Of a stretch of DNA of 64,000 nucleotides, positions 12,101 to 24,400 are shown in pieces (position 1 is the stretch's first letter; each line of letters opens with the position of its first letter). This DNA is from Ruditapes philippinarum (lineage: Eukaryota). The stretch lies in contig NW_026854950.1 of NCBI RefSeq assembly GCF_026571515.1, forward strand, positions 1 through 64,000, given 5' to 3'. The notes under the pieces are model-generated. The model saw only the letters and a program-made list of their open reading frames with translations. It ran no database searches and was not told where the DNA came from. The position numbers and the translations under genes were made by a program.

Positions 12101-15100
12101 ATTTTAAATAACCTAACACATATACCTATTTCCTATATAAAAAGCATTACGAGAAAAAATAGAAAGTACAAAAGACTAAGAATAATATATAACAAAATAC
12201 TGACTGATACTGTAAAACACAATGTCAAACTGAGTAGAACTTATGAAAAGCGTATTTTGTCAAAATGATTTTAAAAGTTAGGAGTAAATTGGAAAGATTT
12301 TTCATTGTGTGCAAAATAAAAAACAGCCCAACAATTACAGTAAAAGAACGAAGTTGTAAAAAAATTTAAGATCAGTGGTTGGCATTTTTGCAAGTACTGG
12401 TATTTATTTATTTATGCAAAGAAAGAAAGAAATAAATACTTTAGGAACTTAAAATACCATACAGAAACCATAAAAATGAATGATGAAATATTTGCATATC
12501 CTATCTTAGACTTGTTAAGATTGATTTAGAACACATAAATCACTTTAATTTATTATCCCTCGTTAAAGTTATAGAAAAAATAAAATAGAACTACATGTGT
12601 ACATGAAGTCAAAAAACGTGATATGACGACTTGATACAGCTCTCGACGGGTGCTTTATAACCTATTTTTACATAAAAAGTTTTTAAAAACTGCACACGCA
12701 GCGAAATATTAACGTAGAAGAAAGCATGCATTAACGTATAATCACGCGCGCACGCGCCGATTTTCAATGCGCCATATAAAAACGTTTTAACTGCGATGAC
12801 GGTCCGGTATTCATGTCTGGACTAATAGTTCCACTTTCAAGTAAAATTGCACTAACAGGTGAGGGTTGACGAAACCCGTTTCAAAACGCAGAATTACAGT
12901 ATCAAACGCTTTTTTTGCAGGAATAACGGTAATGCGCCTTTCTCGTGCATTAGCATCTGCAGAAGCCCCCGAAATAACTAAATAAATTTCTTGTCCTGCG
13001 TACTCGGGCTTTTAATCGGTTTTCATATACTTCTGCTTTAAATTTGTTTTTGGTATACATGTACTTCTGCAGATGTTAATGAAATTAACCCACTTATGCA
13101 CCGCTAAGATGCGCAGTAATATACGGTGACAGCCCGATCGAAATATTAATTAAAGAGCGCAAGAAATATCAACTGTACAGAATCATCTAATATTGTAAAG
13201 TTGAAAAAAAATATATATACAGCAAATTATTCTAAAATGGCTTATTGACCCATTAGAACGACTTAAGACTAAATGACACAATATGTACCTTAACTTCTTC
13301 CTCTTTTCTCATGTTACAGTGGAAGTATATAATTTCCCCAGGTCCATCAGACTTCATGGCTTTTCCAACGTCGTCTATAAAAAGAATAGTGTGTGATATG
13401 AAAACTAAGTTCATTTGTGTCCATCTTCAACTGTAATTTTTATAAATTCGTTTACACATATGTGAACTACGTGTATTTGGGTGCGTCCGAGGCCGAGTAG
13501 TTAAGGTTGTTGACTTCAAACCACTTGCCCCTCACCGTTGTGGGTTCAAATCCCGACAGGGACTTTGGATTATTTCGTGTGAGGAAGCTATCCAACTAGC
13601 TTACGGAGTGTCGGTGGTTCCATTTAGGTGCCCGTTCGTGCATGAAATAATGCACGGAAGGGCATGCGCACCTGAGGTCTTCCCCACCAGTAAAGCTGGA
13701 ACGTCGCCATATGACCTTTACTGTGTCGGTGTGACGTAAAACCCAACAAAACAAACAAACGTGTATTTGACATGGCCAATTACTGACTTTACTTACGTCA
13801 AGTTGGTTAACTTACGTCAAGTTTGGCTTCTTATAAAAAGAATAAAAAAATAAAGAATATAGTTACCATTGATGTCAAATACTGCTACTTTTCCGCCTTG
13901 TTCAACTGAAATGTTGAATGCAATAATAAGTAATGCGTTTTTGGTTTTTTGTTGTTTTTTTTTCTTCTAAATGTCACCCTATGAAAATACATGTAAACGA
14001 AATTGTGTAAGAGGAACATAAATGTACAAAATGGTAGATATACAGCGAAAACAATTTTTTGAATTCAGACTTATTCCACAGTAAATTTGGTCCATCTTGA
14101 ATTATCAAAGATTTTGAATTCTCGGCATATCATCGTCACTTTCTGGATGTTTAAAGTTTGTTTGTTTAATTTTACGCCTTTTTCAACAGTATTTCAGTCA
14201 TATAGGCGGGTAGTTTCCTAACCATCGTTCCTGGAGAGTTACACCAGTACTAGACTACCTTCCTCCGCGCTAAACTACCAAAGCATCTCCCGGGGATCGA
14301 ACCCACGCCAGAGAGGTAACTGGATTAGAAGTCATCGACTCTAACCCCTCGACCACGGAGGCGGTCGGATGTTTAAAAGAATAAGTAAACGCTGGTGTGA
14401 CAGAGACCAACATTACTCCTCTTAAGTAGTCCAAGTTCCAGTGCGCAAATGGACGAAAACGAACGTTTTTTATTTTGAAACTGTAAGAACATAAAGCTGG
14501 TCAAATAAGCGGGTTGTGACAATTTTGGCCTGAAGTTAATGTGAAGTCTTGGACTGAAAATGACAAAAGAATATTATATTCAAAAATTGAATATGACAAA
14601 TAATTGGGGTTGAATTCATACAAGTTTGAAAATAGAAAAACCGTAATTTTGTCGGATAATATCCGGGACAATATTCTTTGAAACGAGCAGTGGTAGCACA
14701 TTTGTCGCAAATTATGTTAGGATTTTAAATTGGTATATATGTTGAATTTTATCCCAACAGTTTAATTAGCACTGTAAGTCAAGTATCGACTGGCAATGTA
14801 TCGGGACCTTATGAATGTTCCTAAAAAAAATTTTAAGTCGATTACTTTCAAGTCTTCCCACATGAAAAGCCAACTTCCCCTCAGAGGAGTCAGTGGCGAA
14901 GAAAGCAGAACATGCGATATTCTGTCAGCAAAATCTACCATCATATAAAAATAAGTGGAAGGTTCGGTGCATAAACTAAAGAACAAATAATCAAATCAGA
15001 CGTTCTATTTAAATTTTCATCACATGGTTATTTTATTGTCGAGATTTTGATTTTGGTCAATAATAATTGAAAACGATTTTGAAAACGAAAAAAATGTGTT

Positions 15101-15253
15101 TAATTTACTTAAGGTATTTACTATATCTACATACATAAACTATCATTTACCAAACACATCAACGCAGCCTCGACCTATCCCTTGTACTCCACCAGTTACT
15201 ATGGCAACTTTGTCTTTAAAACGCAAAGCTGGTTGGTTTACTGTATTTGCCAT
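3129..15253 (-). CDS. HSD17B14: HSD17B14-like short-chain dehydrogenase/reductase, copy A (9 exons, 263 aa, intact)
   Basis: Exons (minus): 15253-15151, 13905-13867, 13374-13289, 12046-11980, 10056-9965, 8777-8673, 7495-7428, 6774-6693, 3278-3129. Sizes 103/39/86/67/92/105/68/82/150 = 792 nt, all GT-AG, phases consistent. Motifs: TGGVQGIG, VFDIN, DCLVNNVG, EDNLI, IVNISS, YCATK, TKALAIDEAKYGVRVNSIAPG and the HSD17B14-type C-terminus FTTGEELMCTGGCEIGYG. Confidence 0.93.
3308..3545. mobile_element. Foldback MITE in intron 8; further copies at ~21665-21930, ~22170-22420 and ~41617-41866
   Basis: Long imperfect terminal inverted repeats TTTCCCGCCAAAAAATTCTAACATCGG...TTCCGGA / TCCGGAAATAACCGA...CCGAGGTTAGAATTTTTTGGCGGGAAA. 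Confidence 0.65.
3818..6247. mobile_element. Non-autonomous DNA transposon (2.4 kb) unique to copy A intron 8
   Basis: TIRs TGCAGGCCTCACACTGTC / GACAGTGTGACGCCTGCA, flanked on both sides by TTAA (3814-3817, 6248-6251). Empty site present in copies B (~22690) and C (~42295). Superfamily not determined. Confidence 0.85.
4270..5470 (+). mobile_element. Degraded Penelope-like retroelement fragment nested in the DNA transposon
   Basis: From 4282: IHTKIYDKSDDFDYDIVNYSHL*GDVLHASSDGVYVSQ*IRFARAFSKVKDFCKLNIFITSKLLKQGYRYYK, matching the end of RT and the thumb region of Penelope-like elements (..YDKRDDF...YGVYISQLIRFAR...LLKQGY). In-frame stops. T-rich 3' region follows; right boundary approximate. 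Confidence 0.75.
6367..6635 (-). mobile_element. tRNA-derived SINE, family 1
   Basis: Head GGGGCGTCCGTGGCCGAGTGGTTAAGG...GGGTTCGAATCCC (boxes A and B), (AAAC)n tail, 12-bp TSD TTATCCACATCT (6355-6366, 6636-6647). Absent from copy C at this site. Confidence 0.92.
7679..8172. mobile_element. Palindromic MITE with internal CGATGGT/ACCATCG repeats in intron 6; copies at ~24587-24884 and ~43431-43685
   Basis: Termini ATACGGTGTTCCG / CGGAACACCGTAT. Left half is rich in CGATGGT and right half in ACCATCG. The copy A element contains a SINE. Confidence 0.7.
7882..8100 (+). mobile_element. tRNA-derived SINE, family 2 (young)
   Basis: ACCGCCTCCGTGGTCGAGGGGTTAGAG...GGGTTCGATCCCC head and (AAAC)n tail. 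Empty site in copy C (~43610). No clear TSD. Confidence 0.88.
9290..9780. repeat. ~22-bp minisatellite in intron 5 (TTGCTTATATGAAAACCTGCCG-like); shorter at ~25960-26120, also ~44750-45120
   Basis: Direct tandem degenerate repeats whose copy number differs between units. Confidence 0.8.
10688..10910. repeat. ~70-bp minisatellite in intron 4 (3 copies; 2 at ~26852-27008; 3 at ~45892-46118)
   Basis: GCACTCAGAAGGGAGGGAAAATGGACCTTATT...TTCGGAAACTAAACCCCGCCCACTATGGAATG repeated in tandem. Confidence 0.8.
13480..13758 (+). mobile_element. tRNA-derived SINE, family 1 (copy A intron 2)
   Basis: Same body as 6367-6635. 11-bp TSD ACGTGTATTTG (13469-13479, 13759-13769). Confidence 0.92.
14156..14366 (-). 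mobile_element. tRNA-derived SINE, family 2
   Basis: Nearly identical to 7882-8100. 11-bp TSD GGATGTTTAAA (14145-14155, 14367-14377). Empty site in B and C. Confidence 0.92.
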
Positions 15254-15365
15254 GCTGTAATTATAATATTGTTTGTAGTAGTTTCTTTTCTATTATCAAA
15301 AAATCAGATATAACTATAGCTCTTCTTACAAGTGTTTCGGTCGTAAACTGTTTGCTTTCATTGTG

Positions 15366-15373
15366 ACTTCCGG
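15366..15373 (-). promoter_or_regulatory. ETS-type motif CCGGAAGT ~115 bp upstream of the ATG; conserved at 31963-31970 and 49879-49886
   Basis: Exact consensus in a block conserved among all three copies. Function is inferred only. Confidence 0.4.
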
Positions 15374-15744
15374 TAGATACGGGCTATTTGCCATCCTGTT
15401 CCCGGTACTCGCTGGACACGCAATCAGTGTTCTACGATATAGGTTTAGCATAGTTAAAATAACTCTCGGTAATTAAAGGCAACAGTAAAACGCACTGCCG
15501 AGTATCTTTTAATTACACATTTTGGAAAATAAAATTTAACTAGCTATATGTACGGTATGTACTTAGTCCCATTTGAAGGATGCAGTTTTTGAACTGTTTT
15601 AGACTTGGATTCCTCTATTCTGTCTTCACCAATATCTCATTGTATTTTAATGCAGCAACTAACTTTATAAGTATTTTGATCATCATGAAGTACTTTATGA
15701 TGGCGTTTTCACTTAAAAATACATATATAAGACACATACCATAC

Positions 15745-16417
15745 GACCGCCGAGATTAACAATAACCATTTAGGTTACCCGGTTGCCGAGATAGGCTATA
15801 GCCATTTAGTTTGCCCAGCGGCCGAGATTAACAACAGCAATTTAGGTCGACCGGCCGCAGATATTAACAACAGCCATTATGTGGACCTGCCGCTGAAATT
15901 AACAACAGCCATTACGGTAAATCTGCCGCAGAAATTAATAACAACCATATAGGTGGCTCTGCCGCCGAGATTAAAACAGCCTTTTAGGTAGACCGGCCGC
16001 CGAGATTACCGACAGCTATTTAGGTGGACCGACCGCTGATATCAAAAATAGCCGTTTAGGTGGATTGGCCGCCGAGATTAACAACAGCTATTTAAGCGGA
16101 CCGGCCGCCGAGATAAAAAACAGCCGTTTAGGTGGACCGGCCGCTGAGATTAACAACAGCCATTTAGGTAGTAGGCCGCCAAGATTAACAACAGCCATTT
16201 AGGTAGATCAGCTGCCGAAATTAACAACAGCCATTTAGGTTGACCTGCCGTCGAGAGAAACAACAGCTATTGATTAAGGTGGACCGGCCGCAGAGATAAC
16301 CAACAGCCATTTAGGTGGACCAGGTGCCGAGATAACCAACAGCCATTTAGGTGGACCAGGTGCCGAGATAACCAACAGCCATTTAGGTTGACCTGTCGTC
16401 GAAATAAACAACAACTA
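15745..16417. repeat. 36-bp GC-rich minisatellite upstream of copy A (~18-19 units)
   Basis: Consensus GGCCGCCGAGATTAACAACAGCCATTTAGGTGGACC, head-to-tail, no spacers. Confidence 0.92.
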
Positions 16418-17025
16418 TTTTTGCAGAAATTACGTCACACTTTGCCACGATATCAAAACAAAACCAAATGAAACAAGATTCAATATCATGAATTATATTT
16501 AGTGTAAATTCGTATTTGAAACACCTCACTTGTTACACGTATTCATTATGATGGAAATGGTTGGCGACATGTAGCTGTTAACATGTTTTAAGAGTTTATA
16601 CATTCAGCAGAAATGATTACATTTTCTTTACCTTATTGATATTTGCTACACTTAAAATTGATGAAATTAACAACTCACTGGTTTATTCTAAATTATTCTC
16701 TACCTTTACAAAATATGATATTTTAAAGATACATGTATTGCTTATTCCGCCACATTGTTCAAAAATTGCAAAAATATAACAATATTTTTTCATTAATTAT
16801 TATAATAAAAACGTACTTTATGAAGCAAGTCCTCAATTATCCTATAATGTTTGTAATATCTATATATTTCTACACACGCCAGTTTCACGCTAAATGGTTT
16901 AAACATTAGACACTGGGTAAATTAAAGTTCATATCTAAACGGCGACCTTATGACCTGAACTTCGCATGGTATATTACGACATTTATGTACAAGTCTGGTA
17001 TACCGCAATAAATATTTGTTTTTAA

Positions 17026-17382
17026 AGGGACTCCACTGAGCTTTAAAAGCATAGAAACATAACATTTATTTTTTTTTACATAAATGAGCTAGAGTACTTT
17101 AAACAGAAATATATGCAAAGACAGTTAAGAAATATACTTTGAAATAAATTGAAAATCGTATTTTTATGCTTTTCCTAGACCGATTTGAGTGAAAAGTGTT
17201 TATACGCTTTATAGTTTTGGTCATTTTTGACATTTTGAATAATTATTCTGGAAAAATGAAGTGTGCGAATGATCTGAAATTTTGCATAAAGATTAGTGGT
17301 CTAACCCTACATCAAATGGTACATGGATATAGAAACAAAATGTCAGTCCCATCATGTCAAAAAAACCTTTAGTGGAGTCCCT
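17026..17382. mobile_element. Kolobok-like MITE; copies at 33897-34234, 34750-35286 and 51179-51521
   Basis: TTAA|AGGGACTCCACT...AGTGGAGTCCCT|TTAA. TTAA TSD with purine-purine termini is the Kolobok pattern. Confidence 0.75.
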
Positions 17383-17949
17383 TTAAGAATAAATACGCTA
17401 AAATCTTAAAACGGAACAATTAAGATAGATTAAATAAGTTAGACAACAAGGTTTTTGATAAGTGCTTTTACGCTATTATTTTCTCCATTTTTATAACAAA
17501 ATCCAAATATTCGATAAGTTTTCCTTTTATTTGTTTCTATACTACAAATAACGATATAAATCTATGTGTTTTTTAATGTGTTTAATGACCATTTTAAATA
17601 TGCAATAATAACCAAACAAAAAAAAAATAATTCCACTCCCAGCTAGTTGTCTTTATTTAACATTACTTACTTTATCTACCAATTTTTTAAATTAGGTATA
17701 TTATTTTGCAGGTGTGAACTGCATTGAATTTACACATGTTAAGCTAATTATATACATTTACCTCGAATTTGGACATAAAATTTATGACATGCTACTAATG
17801 TACAAACCTTGACATAGTTTTTCTCGTGAGTGCATAAAGGTCACATTTTGGCCAGTGTCCGATAAAGATCAAGCTTACATAATTATGGAACGTCAAACAT
17901 GCTAAGTTTAACTTTTCTCCAATTATTTAAATCTACTAAGCTGTAGTTT

Positions 17950-18060
17950 ATAGTGGCTGATTTGTGCCATGTCGTATTTACGCTCCGCTGGGCGCCAGGC
18001 GAAAACACGAAAATATGGCAAAGTGAGCGAAAATACAACATGGCACAACTCGGCACATAG
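17950..18060. mobile_element. Short palindromic MITE; copies at ~35682-35803 and ~52056-52176
   Basis: Arms GTGGCTGATTTGTGCCATGTCGTATTTTCGCT / AGCGAAAATACAACATGGCACAACTCGGCAC. Confidence 0.7.
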
Positions 18061-18725
18061 AAGTTCAATAAACTCCAACGCATGACTTTCATATATGTTA
18101 ACCCCCCCTCCCCCATCCTGCTGTATTTGCGTATTGTATTTGCCCTTCTTTGAATTTGGAAAATTACTTTCAAAGAGTATTTCAATACGAAAATGAAAAA
18201 AAATGATCTACCAACAGTATATTTAACCTGATGTAACGTTAGTTTTAGCAGTAATACTAACTTTTATTATGTCATGGGTAAATCTTAAAGAACAACATAA
18301 TATCCACTTAAAACATTTAAATAATCTAAACTAAAATAGAAATAATGTATATTGCATGACAGATTTTAAGCTAGCAGTGTCTGTGACGGTAGTATTAAAA
18401 CTGTAGAGACGCTTTTATATAGAGGCAGTACTCTATCATAAATGGGATGTTCTACATAAGAAAGGGGCTGTTTTATATCATAAAAGGGGTGTGCTACATT
18501 ACAAAGGGGCTGTATTATAAAAAAGGGGCTGAACTCTATTATAAACGGGTGTGTTTTATTGTAAAATGGCTTTATTATAATAAAGCGGTACTCAATTGTA
18601 AGGCGTCTGTACTCTTTTAATAATATGCGGATGTGTGAATTGGAAAGATAGTTAACTGAATTGAATTGATATAAACTTGGCGTTCCATAATATAGGTAAA
18701 AAATGACTTATTTATAGCAGTCAAG

Positions 18726-19121
18726 ATGGTCTCAACAGCTTGTTTAAAATTCGATCAGAAAGTTGCAATAGTTACCGGAGGGTTTGACGGCACTGGCAGA
18801 GGATGTGTCGATGTATTAGGTATGAACAATTGTAATCTACATTAATATTGTATAAGTTTGTTTGTTTTTAAGTTTAATAAAAATTAATTTTATCAGCACC
18901 ATTACATTCTGTCATGAATTTAATTAAAATGTTCCCAAAGTTTTGACTGAAGTATTTCGTTATTTACTGTATGCGTGCATGAAAGAGCCACTGTTTAGTA
19001 GGAGTGTAGAAGAAGTGAGACCGAACCATTGTCTGAATTCTATATAGAGGAAATAAGTTTCATCGTCCGCTTTTTTTCATATTTTCAGTTGAAAATGGAG
19101 GGACTGTGGTTGACAAAAATG
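18726..19121 (+). pseudogene. 5' fragment (exons 1-2) of a second, divergent HSD17B14-like SDR, unit 1
   Basis: Exon 18726-18819 MVSTACLKFDQKVAIVTGGFDGTGRGCVDVL|gtatga. Exon 19089-19121 (ttttcag|) VENGGTVVDKN|gtacaa, 33 nt instead of 39. Intron positions match the intact genes. No exon 3 onward found. Confidence 0.85.
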
Positions 19122-19852
19122 GTACAAGGGGTGATCCAGAAATTACAGGATTTACTCTCTAAAATATTAATTCTTTATGATTTTTGCATGAAGTCTGTTG
19201 TACCGAACGTAATTTAGATCAAACTGATTCTGTTGGAAATTAAAATATTCTTTTCAGATGTGTTTCGTTCTTTTATGTTTTCTCCCTCGATTATATTGTT
19301 TACAAACCCCTTTACAGCAACAATATTTAATAAAAAAGCATAAAATGCAAAAAATGAACCACTCAGGCCTACGGCATTCGTTGTCAATTAATACACATAA
19401 AAACTCCAAACCGTCTCATCCAAGTCATTCAGCATCTTTCATCTTCCAATTCACTCCGTTTAAATATCCTTCAGAAAAAAGTATATTCTTGATAATAAAC
19501 TGTAGGGTTTTTTTTCTTTAAAAGACTACATTCAAGCAAAGGCGATTATAGTGCTGATACAAAACACAGCATACTAATATACTTAGTGAATTTTTCCTAT
19601 ACATAAACTTTTTTGACACCTTAACATATATATAATTGATTATATTAAATCATCAATGAACGAAAGACCTTTTAATCAAAGTGAGTTTTTGTTTTCGGAT
19701 ATTTTATCTTGAATTATCATAGTCTTTCTTGCCCTTATCTGTCATATTGCCTTGAAATGAAATAAAATTGTCAGCCATATCAAGTGTCTCCCGTGTTGTT
19801 TTTGAGAATATTTCTTTTATTAAGCAGGTTTTCTTTCTTTCTTAAATCATTT

Positions 19853-19910
19853 CTTCTTCTTCTTCTTCTTCTCCTTCTTATTATTATTGTTATTATTATT
19901 ATTATTATTG
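19853..19910. repeat. (CTT)n(ATT)n microsatellite; paralogous pure (ATT)n at ~38332-38382
   Basis: Direct reading. Confidence 0.9.
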
Positions 19911-21469
19911 AATTATATGAACATGGTCGCATTCTTTATCCTGATAAATTGCATCGAAATGTGATTGGAATAACGCTTTCATTCGTGAATGTATATAAAT
20001 CGGTGGGTAGTGATTAACTATAAGTCATAAAATAGTACATTTCGGCTGCCGAAAAGGCGAACTTTTAGCATTTAATTACCCAAACGCCTTGTCCTTGTAT
20101 ATACATGTATCGAATACGGTATTTAGTGTGGTACTCCCAATACTTTTTTAGTCTCACTCTTTCTAGAAAAAGTGTTCTTTCAACCGTCATCGCAAAAAAT
20201 GGCGCCCTGTTTGAACTGACCTTTATACATGGGGATTAGTTTATTGTTTATTTTTTAGATAGATGGACAACAACAAACAAGCTCACTTAAAAATGTAAAC
20301 TCTGATGAACAGAAACAGGCAGGGGAGGCCTTCTAATTTTAAACACATTGGAGAAAGAATTTTGCAGTAAAAGAATACTCCAAGGAAAACACACGATCTT
20401 AAACAAATTATACATGTAATTTGAATTTCATCTTGACATTGATGGTCAAAAATCATGCAAAGGTCAAAGTCCAATTTGAATTAATCATCATAGTCAGTTT
20501 TGTCATAAATGTACTTTTATCCAAGATTAAACAAAATCCATAAATAAATAACAAAGTTATGCCAACTTAATGCAATTTCAATAATTTAACCTTGACGCTA
20601 TATGTCAATAAAAAGACAAGGTCATATCAGAATTATTTAACACGTCGGTTTGTCATATGTGTTCTTTTGTTCAAGTATAAATCAAATTTGTAAATATGTT
20701 ACAAAGTAATTTCAATAATTTGACGTTGAAGGTCAAGATCAATTAAAGGTCAATGTCATTTCAGAATAATACAACATGACAGTTTAGTCATATGTGTTCT
20801 TTTGTCCAAGTATAAACAAATACTTAAAAAATAACAAACCTATGAAATTTAAGCAAATTTTCATAATTAATTAAACATTGAAGGTCATTTCAGAAGACTT
20901 CATCATGCTGATTTTGTCATATGTGTTCTTTCATCCAAGTATGAATAAAATAACAAAGTTTAACAATTTAAGCAAATTTCAATAATTTGACCTTGAAGCA
21001 AGGTCAATCAAAAGGTCAAGGACATATCAGAATGATGCATATATCAGAATAATTCAAATTTTAGTCAAGTTATGTGTTCTTTTGCCAAAGTATCAAATCC
21101 GTAAAAATATAACAAAGTTTTGAAAATGTCAGCAAATTTCAATAAGATATAATTACCAGAGTCTCCATTGAAAGAAGTATTTATTAATTGATAAGAGTTA
21201 AACTGTATCCATAAAACCAAATTCCATATATAACTTACACACCAAATATTTGAATATATATTTGTATATGCAATTTTCTTGTATGATATAAATTTTGTTC
21301 AGGTTTTTTTTCTTTTCTTTTCTTTTTTTATGTCAGGGGGATCAAAAATAAATTTGTACATGTACATGCACTTGTCAGTAGGTCTAAAGTAAGTCTGATT
21401 GCTCATGTTTCTGACAGCAACATTACTGATTTCACGATTCCTTGATAAGTGAAGATGTCACAACATCAA

Positions 21470-24400
21470 TCAACAGGGTAGTCCCGTGTTTTTATTTCCG
21501 TATCCAATTTCACTCCCCCCTGTACACATCAGCTCCTCTCCCGTAGTAAACGTCGCATCAACAGCCAAGAAAAGGCAAGCAAGTCCAATCTCTCGGGGTT
21601 TACCTATTCTTTGAAGAGTCTGAAATAATAGATCGGAAATAACGTTGCATTAATGTAGCCTTACTGCAATGTTTTCCCTCCAAAAAATATTCTAACATCG
21701 GCCAGTATCGAAATAAATCGGTTATTTCCGGAACGTTACTTTTCACGATCTTAGGTATTCAATATTTTTAACTGTTTATAACCGGAATTTAGAACAAAGC
21801 AATAAAGGATGGGTGACTAAAAATAATCTAATGCCCAAGATTTTGGAAAAAAAAACATCAATAAAGTCCGGAAATAACCGATTTGCTACGATATTGACCG
21901 AGGTTAGAATTTTTTGGCGGGAAAGCATACGTTATCAAAGTACTGAAACGACCATGAGGATTTTTGTATTTTGCTGGATTGTTTTTTCAATATCGCAGAT
22001 TCATAGACTTTAGATTATAAAGATGGAAGCGTATCTCATGATGTTACTCGTTATTATTAATTAAATGATTTGCTTGATTTTTCCGGCCTTATCATTCCGT
22101 GAATTATCTTAATGTTTACAGGACTATAGATGTTCAGTTTTGAAATGTTGAGTTTAAGGCTTACTATAATTCTTTCCCGCCAAAAAATTCTAACATCGGC
22201 CAATGTAGTAATTAATCAGTCTTTTCCGAACGTTATTTTTCACAATTTTCGGTATTCAATACATCTTAACCTTTTTATAACCTGAATTAAGTACATATCG
22301 ATAAGGAATGACTGATTGTAAATAATCTAATAGCCAAGATTTTGAAAAAAAAGTTCCGGAAATAAAGGATTTGCTGCGATATTGGCAGAGGTCGGAATGT
22401 TTTGGCGGCAAAGCATTACAATATGACTAGAAGACATAGCTAGAAACACTGATTAATCAATATTTTTAATTCATAAGAATAAGCTGAATTTCAACTCTTG
22501 TATAATTCAGATGCCCTCCTTATAATTTACAATTGTCAAATAAATAGAATTAAGAATTAAATTTCAAAACGACAAAACAAAAGCTTAACGCGTTGATGGT
22601 TTTATTTGACATGAGAATGTAACCGGAGACCGACAAGAAGCGTGATCTACAGAAGGTGGAAAACACGGCACCGAGTCTGATATGGTGTTATTTAAAGTTG
22701 TACTGCACACCAGTGCAAAATTATGAAACTAGTTTGATAATATTGATACATAAAACATCATGTTAGCGGAAGAAAATCTGATTTGTAGCGTAATATTCAA
22801 CTTACATGACAACTTTCCAGCTTTGCAATAGTCTCCTTCGGCAAAATCTTGAGTAGTAATGGGGTTTCTATAGTCCCTGGAGCAATACTAGAATAAAAGA
22901 ACGCATAACATTTCAGATTTTAAAGCAGCATGCCTCAAGATTCATGCTAATGTTCATGACAATTTGTAAAATGTTTTTTAAAAATGAATATTGTTAAGTG
23001 AGCGAAGAGAATAATTTACACATTGTAAGCATCACTTGCAACCCACGTAAATTACATAAATAGGTCAAATGTAGCACGAAACAGCCCTAACTGCGTTAGT
23101 ATGGTACTAGAGATATGGTAATGAATACTGCAAAATCAATCCTAAATCCCATACAACATGAAAATTATTACTTGAATCTTAAATCTTTTGTTTTCTCTAA
23201 CTTTTCTTAAAATCTAAGTTCATTTTTTCTCGAGTCTAATTTTCTTGAACTATTTTGGCTCATTTTGAGGCATGTAGCTTTAATTCTGTAACCAGTTCTT
23301 TTTTTTTGGTCTGTTCGTTTATTTTAACCTTTTCGCATTTTATTTTGACTGAGTTTTATATTACTTCCCTTTGATTGTAAACTTGAAGGATTATTCAAGC
23401 ATTGGGTTTCCCGCTGTTTTTAAATATAATTGCTGTCATGTGACATTGTGATCACTCTTTGGTGAAAAGTTGGTGAATCATATATTTCATTACTTAAATT
23501 TATCTCCATTTAAATTATTATTGGTTATTCCTGGACATTGAGGATTGAGGTTAGTTGGTTTTGTTTTGCTTCAGATTTGTATCTTTTGAGTCACAAATGA
23601 GCAATGCTTTATTTGAATTAAGTCATTAATTGAGTAATCATGTATATTTGACATGTACATTGTAATCCAGATGGCTGCCTATATATCTAATAATTTGGTA
23701 ATTTGGGCAACCACTATTTATTATCCTTTATTATCACAAATGTTATTTAACCATTTACAGTTAGAGCACTGTGTAAGCCAGGAGAGCAGATGAGAGTCAC
23801 TGATTGTAATAGTTATTTGTATACATGTATATATGAAAACCTGATCCACAATAGGTAAATATGCTATTCTCTACATTGTTTATATAAATTCAATTTAGGT
23901 CTGCCAAATTATTACTGGCTGGGGTCAGTTAGGTCCACTCTTACTGTTAGGGCTGGAGCCCACCTGCTCACAATTCACAATGAACTCTTTTGCTTTACAT
24001 GTATAGAGAATAATACTTAAGTCTGGATGCTTTGGATGCATGAATTATGTATTGTGCATGTAGTTATATATTACATGGTAGGTATATGAAGTAATTAAGT
24101 GTCACAAGTAATATGTTTGCCTCGATTCTTAAACTAAATTGTTCTTCATGTATTCTTTATCAATCGATCATAACGCCAGATAATTTGAACTTTGCTCTGC
24201 TTCGATATCTTTAGTTTATTCAAACAGTGAAAAATAAATAACATCTTACAAAAGAATTAATTGGACCATCAAAGTAGGCTTATATGCTTTTTACAGTAAA
24301 TTAATGGATTCATTTTTTCTTGAAATCTAGAAATTCATAACTTACGAGTTCACCCTAACTCCATACTTGGCCTCGTCTATAGCCAGTGCTTTTGTCAGTG

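Larger units (their letters stand above)
1272..19410. repeat. Segmental duplication unit 1 (~18.1 kb)
   Basis: CCGCCTCATCAAGTCATTCAGCA at ~1273 recurs at ~19411 and ~37880. Exons, introns, minisatellites and MITEs follow in the same order in each unit. Confidence 0.92.

Noticed and set aside
15745-16417. 36-bp repeats as a CRISPR array
   Set aside because: Units are contiguous and degenerate with no unique spacers, there are no cas genes, and the context is eukaryotic.
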